From Macrostomum lignano (Eukaryota), in the NCBI GenBank assembly GCA_002269645.1, contig NIVC01002907.1:60204-124203 (forward strand): 64,000 nucleotides of DNA. The letters run 5' to 3'. The stretch's first letter is position 1; every line of letters begins with the position of its first letter. The translations under genes were made by a program, and so were the position numbers. A model generated the notes under the pieces. It did not search any database and was not told where the DNA came from. It saw nothing but the letters and a program-made list of their open reading frames with translations. Of the stretch, positions 29,621-39,100 are shown in pieces.

Positions 29621-30984
29621 GAGGAAAGAACGGATCATAAACTGCTGCTCAAGCACAAAGTTTAATGTGATTAATATCGATTTTTGGATAATAATTTTTA
29701 ACTCCAATGAGAAACAGCCACTTGAAATTTTTATTGCAACAATAAGCAAAATGTTCAGTACGTGCAAACGCAGTCTCAAATGACAATTTTCTAGTGAAAT
29801 GAGCATTTTTACACGAACACATCACTCCTTTTTGTCTTTTGTCGATTGACTGGTTTGCACGCGCATAGCTTCATGAAAAGTACCAAATGTATCTAAGCCA
29901 CGAATGCAGAAGCCCTTGGTAAGCCCAAGCTATAATTGTATACTGTCATAACTTTAGTAATAAAAAAGACAACACATATAACTATTAACCGCGTGTCTTA
30001 CCTTTTTTTGCTTGGCGCCATTGAATTCGCTTCGACTTTTTAAAGCTTATGTGGCAGCGACTTTAAAATAGGTTTTTTGGAGGAGTCTGGATATAAGAAT
30101 TATGAATGGGGATTTTTAGGCCTTTCGTGATCGCCCGAGCCGCGTGCCGCTGAGCAACTGCCGCAATCAGTCGGCCCAGAATTCATTGCATTGTCCCCGC
30201 CGCTTCCGCTCTGACCTGCCTGCTGTCTGTCCGCTGGGGAGGCTGCGCCGATCGAGGCGGTGTGGTGCCAGCCATCAACTGGCCCAGGCTGGACGGTCGG
30301 TCGCTTTTCAAAATTCAATTGCTCTTGGCCTCCCCCTCTCTCTGTCTGTCAATAAATCCCAGACAGGCAGGCAGCCAGCCCGGAGCCAGCGGAGGTCTGG
30401 GCTAAACGATGAAGTTCTGGAAAACTCTTAAGAAGGTTGACTTTCCGCTCTGAACTGGCACTTATTCTGCATAGGTAAGAAGCGGCTTTATGACTAAAAA
30501 AACCGGGCGGAATTGTACGATTGACTGCCCAGATAAGTTTAGTGAGCCGGATGAATCTTGTAGATGGATACAGGATCCTTATCACTCTTGCAATAAAGGC
30601 AATGACGCATCCGGGATGGCTGACCAGTCTCAGCCTGACCGAGCCTCTGCAATTTGGTGGCTCCGGTGCGATGGGCGATAAACTTGGCGCCCTGGTAGGT
30701 CGTCAGATTTCTAGTGGGCTCGGTAGCGTCAGAAATCAGCGGATAGGGCGCTAAATACAGCGTAAAATAGGCAGATAGGGCGCCAAATCGAGAGATATAG
30801 TGGCGCCGAATTAGGGAATAAAGGTGCCATATTAAGAGGTGGACTAAATCGTAAATAAAATTGTTCCTTCAGCAGTCAAAGTGGTCAATACTCTAAAAGA
30901 TGATCCATATTTTACTGAATGAATGAATATTCATACTTGTCCAGATATTTGGAGAGCTATCTTTAATTGAGCAATTAGTGAGTG

Positions 30985-31783
30985 GCTTCTCACTGTTTCT
31001 CACTGCTTCTAACTGCTTCCTCACTGCTTCCCCACTGCTTCCCCACTGCTTCCCCACTGCTTCCCCACTGCTTCCCACTTGCTTCCCCACTGCTTCCCAC
31101 TTGCTTTCCACTTGCTTCTTACTGCTTCCCACTTGCTTCCCACTTGCTTCCCCACTGCTTCCCACTTGCTTCCCACTTGCTTTCCACTGCTTCCCACTTG
31201 CTTTCCACTTGCTTCTTACTGCTTCCCACTTGCTTCCCACTTGCTTCCCACTGCTTCCCACTTGCTTTCCACTTGCTTCTTACTGCTTCCCACTTGCTTT
31301 CCACTTGCTTCTCTCTGCTTCCCACTTGCTTCCCACTTGCTTTCCACTTGCTTCTTACTGCTTCCCACTTGCTTCCCACTTGCTTCCCCACTGCTTCCCC
31401 ACTTGCTGCCCACTTGCTTCCCACTTGCTTCCCACTGCTTCCCCACTGCTTCCCACTGCTTCCCACTTGCTTTCCACTTGCTTCTTACTGCTTCCCACTT
31501 GCTTCCCACTGCTTCCCACTTGCTTTCCACTAGCTTCTCACTGCTTCCCACTTGCTTCCCACTGCTTCCCACTGCTTCCCACTTGCTTCCCACTGCTTCC
31601 CACTTGCTTTCCACTAGCTTCTCACTGCTTCCCACTTGCTTCCCACTGCTTCCCACTTGCTTCCCACTTGCTTCCCACTGCTTTCCACTAGCTTCTCACT
31701 GCTTCCCACTTGCTTCCCACTGCTTCCCACTTGCTTCCCACTGCTTCTCACTTGCTTCCCACTGCTTCTCACTTGCTTCCCAT
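30985..31783. repeat. 10-11-bp minisatellite (CCCACTTGCTT / CCCACTGCTT)
   Basis: Read directly; source of spurious LPTCFPLASH-type ORFs. Confidence 0.93.
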
Positions 31784-33277
31784 GGCTCTACACAGTTTTT
31801 TTCACTTATACTTTGCCACTGGTTTCCAATTTCGACCAATTTACTTTGTAAGTTAACATTATAAACCTCCTAGACTGGACAAATATTAGATTTATAATCA
31901 GCCTTCATCAACGAAACTGAGCAAAGCTTTGGCCACCGCATGCAAAAAGTACATCGCCAGGCGGAAAAAAGTTCGCTCGAAAAAAATTGATATTCGCGCC
32001 CCCATAGTTGGCCTACTCGGGCGCTGTGCACAGTTTTCAGTCGCAGCAGCAATTTTATTTTTGTGACCCCGGCTTCCCGCGCCGCTCGGGTACCTTCTTC
32101 CCCTTCATAAAATCCTCATTCCCAACCTCTTTCGGGCTTGCCTGCCAAAAGCATTTCAACCGGCGGCATTTACCCTCGACTTGGCTGGAGCAGAAAATGC
32201 GATTGGCCCTGCGTGTGGGTGCGGCCGCGGCCTGGTAAATCACTTCCAAAATGGGCTATCAGACCCCCTTGATGAATTGGCTGGCCGGCGGCCCCATGCA
32301 GACGCATAGGAGAGCCTTAGGCATAGCGAAGAAGGGTTACCGGTGTTCAGTCAAACAATCCAGCGGAACCGCGGGCACTTATGACTACGTCTGGGGGGTG
32401 AGGGTTCTTGCGTTACACGTATATACTGGCATTCTAGATCCGCCTGCACATTGCGTTTCTTCTAGCCAGGTGTGCGAAGAAAGCGCAGCCAGCATAATTG
32501 CCAAGTGCTGCAAAGACTTCTGCAGCTCTGCCAGCATAGCCAAGTGTTGCATTGTCCGTCGCATAAAAAAGAACTGGCCATGTAGTAAATGTGCTGACTG
32601 TGGCATTTAAACGTAATTTGCCATTCTTTTTTGCGTTTTAAAAGTCTAATACAACGTAGATTTATGTTCACGATGTGCCGTTGAGATTTTACCAACCTGT
32701 AAATTATCCACGTGTCTTAATTGGAGTTGAATTGCAACAATCCAGGTGTCTTATTTGGAGTTGAATTGCAACAATCCAGGTGTCTTATTTGGAGTTGAAT
32801 TGCAACAATCCACGTGTCTTATTTGGAGTTGAAATGCAACAATCCAGGTGTCTTAATTGGAGTTGAAATGCAACAATCCAGGTGTCTTAATTGGAGTTGA
32901 AATGCAACAATCCAGGTGTCTTATTTGGAGTTGAAATGCAACAATCCACGTGTCTTAATTGGAGTTGAAATGCAACAATCCAGGTGTCTTAATTGGAGTT
33001 GAAATGCAACAATCCAGGTGTCTTAATTGGAGTTGAATTGCAACAATCCAGGTGTCTTAATTGGAGTTGAATTGCAACAATCCAGGTGTCTTATTTGGAG
33101 TTGAATTGCAACAATCCAGGTGTCTTATTTGGAGTTGAATTGCAACAATCCAGGTGTCTTATTTGGAGTTGAATTGCAACAATCCAGGTGTCTTATTTGG
33201 AGTTGAATTGCAACAATCCAGGTGTCTTAATTGGAGTTGAATTGCAACAATCCACGTGTCTTAATTGGAGTTGAAAT

Positions 33278-34468
33278 TGTGATAAATAGGCAATTAGATA
33301 ATAGCATGCACGGTAAGCAATTATTTAGGCCCTAGACAAATCTACTTGGAGCGTTTGGAGATTTTAAAGCTATTAATCCTAATCGCCTATCGCCGGTCGG
33401 CGAGTCCTACCAGTCTTTCTCCAATAGCCGCAGGTACAGTACAAGAAAATAAAGAACACGAGGGAACACAAACCGAAAGATTTAGAGAGTGATAATCCTA
33501 TTTCAAGAATAACTAACTTGATTGACGGTTTAATTTGATTAGCTGAGTTACAAGATTTAGAGCAAATTCGCGGCGCAGATAATTAGACTGATAATAACGA
33601 ATAATAACGATTAATAATAATGATTATATTACGCACTGACAAGCGGATCTCAGCTGAAGAAGAAGAAGGAGAAGGAGAACCGAACACGACCACGGAGAAG
33701 ACTCCTAACCCCTGGCCTAAGCCAGAACCTACTCTCAAACGAGAGCCCTGCCGAACCGACCGTTCAACGGAGTACCGACTAAATTCTATCGGCACTGCCC
33801 TTCAGTGTAACACTGAGGCCCTCGGGGTCGAGGCCGCGTACTTGATCAGATCCGACAGTCTCTATCTAACCGCGCTTGATAGCGACGACTTCAGACAGAA
33901 ATTTGCCGTAGACGTTACGCCACAAGACTACTGCGGTTGGGCGGAACAAAAAAATGGACCGGGGGTGATGAATTCAGGCGCCTCAAAGCGCGAACCAACA
34001 AGAGGAGAAAAATCGGGCCACCGGCCGGGAACTGGACAAGACAAAACCGGGGAAAGGGAGCAAGTGAGATCCGATTGCCAAAACACACTTTCATATATAG
34101 TCAGAGTCACAACCCCTCAAAACTCCCCTCAAGCCGGGTGGTGGTCGTCTGGCCGGCCGCTCGCTTAAGCCGAATTGCACTGTGCCCGCGGCGCCGGGTA
34201 GAATTGAAACTTGCCGCGTGCCAGGGTCCAGGCCGGTTCTGATTGGCTGACCGCGCAAAGCTGGGGTTCGCAGACAAACTCAACCCTCCGCTGAGTCACA
34301 AAATTGGCGTCTAACTCTAACCTGTTTACAATTTTAGATTTCAACCAACTAGAAAAAGTACACAAAAAAACGCATGACTAAACTAAAGCAAAATAACAAT
34401 TCAATAACAATATAGAAACTAATGCAGTCAATTTACAACAAAATACACGCAAAGATGCTCACACTACA
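33278..34468 (-). mobile_element. 3' LTR (1191 bp)
   Basis: Begins TGTGATAAAT after satellite AAAT, ends CACACTACA; PPT adjacent; matches 50787-51976 except a 1-bp C indel seen by eye. Confidence 0.95.
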
Positions 34469-34480
34469 CTCCCCCCTCCT
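34469..34480 (-). promoter_or_regulatory. Polypurine tract (AGGAGGGGGGAG)
   Basis: Immediately 5' of the 3' LTR on the element strand. Confidence 0.92.
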
Positions 34481-35037
34481 AAAAGAAATAGAGTACAAAA
34501 GAAGAAAAATTTGAAAAATTCGAACATGCGTAACATACTACTTTCAGTAAGCAAATGAGTACTATATAACGAAATTTGCGTTTACGGGAACCAAAATTCG
34601 CAAAACAAGCAATGTTACAACGAGAATAACTATAGCAACAGAAGAAAAAAAACGCAAATGGGAACACAACGTAATTCACTATGCAAAACATGACGCGACA
34701 ATGAAACGCAAGCAAGAACACAAATACAATTCTATGACACGGCAAAACGCAATCAAATACATAAGCAAAGCTACTATTCAATACGCGACACGACAAAACA
34801 CAAGCAAATCAATAAATAAATCGAAACAAATCGCGACGGAACGCAACGTTTACGCAAACTATGGCACGACTTTCTACAATCGAAAACTTAAAGCAAAACG
34901 CATGCTACCCATCACCAAGAACAAATAACGCGTTGACGCATTTTACACAAGTTAATTAAATTACTCCTTCACGACGTGCTAAGATGAACCTTATCGGCTG
35001 GCAAAATTTTATTACTCGCTGATTTAACTATCCGCAC

Positions 35038-35053
35038 CTCCCCCCTCCTAAAA
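35038..35053 (-). promoter_or_regulatory. Second, internal copy of the PPT region (TTTTAGGAGGGGGGAG)
   Basis: 16-nt exact match to 34469-34484. Confidence 0.75.
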
Positions 35054-35208
35054 AGGTAGGGTGGGCGCTACGACCCTCGCTGTCTCCACAGCGGAATTCT
35101 TATCGCAATTTTCCACGACGCTTATCTCTATCGGGTGCCTCGACGATAATTAACTCACGCCCACGCTCCCGTGGCGTTCCATCCACTCAGCGAAGTCTAT
35201 CGCCCATT

Positions 35209-35565
35209 GGCTGCAGTTTATGGTCTTGCCCAGGACCAATCCCCCTGGCGAAATTCACCGCCCAATGGCTGCAGTTTTCTGTCGTGCCCAGGACAAAGGC
35301 TCCTTTCTTTCGAACTTCAGTCTTTTGTGATTGCAGTTTAACGTCATGCCCATGACGTCGCTTTTCTATCTTTCTCGGACTTCTTTCGTCTCGTGGTTGC
35401 TTCTTTTGGTAATTTCTCTTCCTACGGCTGCAGTTTAACGTCGTGCCCAGGACGCCGGCTCTAGTGAACTTCCTTTCCAGCGGCTGCAGTTTAACGTCGT
35501 GCCCAGGACGCATCATTAGTTAGTTTCTCTCCTAGCGGTTGCAGTTTAACGTCGTGCCCAGGACG
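35209..35565 (-). repeat. Six 29-nt hairpin-containing repeats separated by non-identical spacers in the retrotransposon 3' UTR
   Basis: Plus-strand consensus GGCTGCAGTTTAACGTCGTGCCCAGGACG at 35209, 35267, 35329, 35426, 35482 and 35537; spacers 29, 33, 68, 27 and 26 nt. Confidence 0.9.
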
Positions 35566-36172
35566 CTTCAGACATTTCTAGCTGCAACATGTGACATGTC
35601 GATCAGCTGTAAGTTAGACTTATTTTTGCGTCAAGCAGTTTCTGACTCAAGCAATTTAAATAATATTTTTGTGTTGTTTTATGAAGCTTTTACAATTTTT
35701 ATGTTTTTATCAAATATTCACGCATGTCAGTTCTACTGCAAGACTGTTTTTTAATAGTTTTAATAATATTTTTTATTCCTTAATAATTTTCCCATAATAA
35801 TAATTCCGGATATACTGGCCGATGGAACCGCAGACGACTTCAATCTGGGCTCAATTCAATTTCAATTTCTATTTGCAACTTCCAATCGTTTCATATCTTC
35901 TATGGTCGTCTATGGTATTTCTCTTTCATTAGCGTCCTGGAATCTACCAGGTGTGGCAGCTCGAGCAGTTCGTCTTCAACTCCTGCAACTGCAGTGTCAA
36001 CATCAGCACTTCCAAGTCTCCATTATTTCCAATTTCTAATTTCTATTGACTATTTTTTCTCTGGTTCCATTTTCGTTCAACAAATTTCTCGCGTCTGTCT
36101 CGACAAGTTACTATTAGTAATACAATTGAAATTTTTCGTCTCGACAGTACTTTTCGTTTCCATAGACTCCAT

Positions 36173-39100
36173 TCAATGATAACCATATCGCTCCGGGGGT
36201 CTAATTGCCGCGCGGTTCCGCAGCCGCGGTATCCAGCTAACGTTATTCGTGCCTGCCCGCTGCGGGGGCGTACTGTGCACTGGACTCAGATGCATTAAAT
36301 TTGGTGGAGTGCGCACAGGAATCTGCCTGGCCTGAGACCCCGCAGGACTCGCCTGCGTCTGCTGGTTTGCATTGGCCGCTGTCTGAGTATTTTCGACTGC
36401 TCTATTCATATTACTTTCAGTAGCTTCGTGAGCTCTCTCACGTTGCAAAAATCTAATTCTCTCTGGTCTCTGAATCTCCACTTGGACTCGTTCTGACTCC
36501 TCCGAGCCGTCATCACTAGCACTTCCAGCTTCCTCTTCTCGATATTGACGCAACTTCTCTTCTGACAAGTAGCAGGGCTTTGTTCTGTCTACTGTCACTA
36601 CGTCATGAATTCTGACGGGCTGCTCTATTCGGTCAACCTTTGGACCGGGCTCAATTTTTAAATTTTTTCCATTATTTCTTACTTCAAGCACTCGATACGG
36701 ACCTACCCACTTCCTATTCGTATCATAACAATTCTGCGTATTCGCTATCCAGACCAGGTCACCTGGCTGATAATACTGCTGGAATACTTTCGTGTCATAA
36801 TTAGATTTCTGCCGCCTGACTGATATTTGTTGCTTTTCTCTGGCGATTCTATACGATTCCATGCACTTCTTATACAGATCATGTAAATGTTTATCACGGG
36901 TCTTGCGCTCCGGTGCAGGCAATCCGAGCTCAGCATCAACCGGTAGCCGCATCTTTCGACCATAGACTAATTCGAACGGGCTAAACTTATTACTTTCACT
37001 GATTGTGCTTCGCTGAACCATCAAAGCGTGCGGAAGCACCTCATCCCATGCCAAACTGAGTTCACTCTGAGCTAATCTGATTCCATCTTTCACTACTCTG
37101 ACCATGCGCTCGCAGCGACCGTTAGCTTGCGGATGGTAGCTAGTAGTATGGCGCAAATCTATTCGGAAATTTTCGGTTAACGATTTCACTAATTCTGCAG
37201 TAAACGATGTACCTCTGTCTGATATGAATGCTTCAGGGGCACCATGCCGAGTGATCCACTCTGTGTACAGGGCCCAAGCTGTACTTTCAGCTGTACAATC
37301 TCTCAGCGCTTTTACCTCTAGCCAGCCCGTAAAGTGATCGACCATCAGCAGGAGGTACTTGTTCCCCCGTGCTGTGGCGTTGAACGGACCGGCGAAATCT
37401 ATATGTACTTTCTCGCCCATGTAACTGCTGACTTCTGGTTCTAAGGGCGCTCGTGGCTTCGGCCCGTATTTCTTTCTTGTCTGGCACTCAGTACAAGTCT
37501 TAATATATCTATCTAAGTTCGTTGAATAGTTTGGCCACCAAAATCTCTGTCGAATCAAATCTTTAGTCTTCGAAATACCGCCGTGAGCCATTTGATCGTG
37601 GTAAGCTCTAAACAACTGCTGCTCCAGGGCTTGGTTTTCCGGCAGTACTGTCTGCTCAAATTTTCGGCCTTCGGAATCTATCCAATTCCTGTAAATTATG
37701 TCATTTTTCACTAATAGCTGCTCATAATCGCTAAATAAAGACTTATAACTGCGGCTCATTCCAACCCATTCATTCTTGGGCGGACAGGGCTCTCCCTGTC
37801 TGAGCTTTTGCTTGAGCAGCAGCAACTCTGGCTGGCTCTCCTGCAGTTCTACAATTCCCGCTGGCGTATCGATATTAATTGCACCGCAGTGGACTGTTGC
37901 TGTCTTCGTCGCACTGCAAGTGGGGCATTCCTCATGGTAGCGTTTCGGGGGACCATCCCGCTGAGGTCTGCGACTCAGGGCGTCTGCGTTACCATGGGCA
38001 ATCCCTTGGCGGTACTGAATTGCAAAGTCATATTCTTCCATTCTCGAGATAACTTCAAACTGATCGAACTGCTCAAGGATCATGTTCCATCTGCCTAACA
38101 TGCCTTTTGCACCGTGGCACTTGCGTAGCCATTGGAGGGCCGCGTGGTCTGTCCTGACCTTGAAACGACGGCCGACCAGATAAGGCCGGTAATGTTCTAA
38201 GAAATATATCAGCGCAAACATTTCCTTCATCGTAGTGCAGTAATTCAACTGATGCTCATTTAACGGATGCGAAGCATAGGCTATTACTTTTTCTTCCCCA
38301 TCTTGCTCTTGTAATAAATTTCCACCTATAGCTACGTCACAGGCGTCGACATCGAGGATGAACGGTCCCGCGTCGCTATCGAACCTGGGGTAGCTCAGTA
38401 CAGGTGCGCTTACTAGCTTCTGCTTTAATAGATCGAATGCCTTCTGGCAACTGTCATCCCACTTATACTTGACTTCTTTTCTAGTTAAATTATTTAAGGG
38501 CTCACTTATTCGCGCAAAGTCTTTAATAAATCTGCGATAGTAGCCGGCTAAGCCTAAGAATCCGCGCAGCTCAGAGATATTCTCTGGCCGGGGCCATGTT
38601 TGGACTTTTTCTATCTTATCTTTGCTGGTATAGATACCGTGCTGGCAGACGGTGTGCCCTAGGAAGGTGACTTCTTTCCGAAACAGAAAGGTCTTCTCTG
38701 GCTTGATTTTCATACCAGCATCTGCTAATCGAGAGAAAATTAATTCCAAATTACTGAGCATTTCTTCGAAATTCTTGCCTGTGCAAATAACATCATCTAG
38801 GTAAAGTAAAGCGAACTTATAAGCGTAATCGCCTAAGATCTTCTGCATTATGCGCTGAAAGCAAGCGGGTCCATTCGTGACTCCGAAAGGCAAAACTTTC
38901 CACTGGAACAGGCCATCATGGGTTCGAAACGCTAATTTCTCGCGGTCAGTCTCTCTGACCTTCACTGACCAATAAGCGCCGACCATGTCTAGGGTGCTAA
39001 AGTACATGTTGCCTGCCAGGGATTCCAGCGATTCTTGAATTAGCGGTAACGGAAAACTGTCCTTCTTAGTCTTATTATTTAACTGTCTGAAATCACAGCA

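Noticed and set aside
33620-34168. 182-aa ORF in the LTR (partial copy at 51350-51676)
   Set aside because: Antisense to the element, no recognisable domain, and broken by a 1-bp indel in the solo LTR.
35209-35565. True CRISPR array
   Set aside because: Geometry is similar, but it lies inside a eukaryotic LTR element with no cas genes, spacer lengths are irregular and R1/R2 share flanking sequence. Kept as a structured repeat array.
34485-36172. env-like third ORF
   Set aside because: Only short ORFs (e.g. 31 aa right after the pol stop; 109 aa across the array) with no signal peptide or transmembrane pattern.
36176-36600. Chromodomain at the integrase C-terminus
   Set aside because: After the GPY motif the tail is low-complexity Q/A/P/R; no chromodomain aromatic-cage pattern seen.
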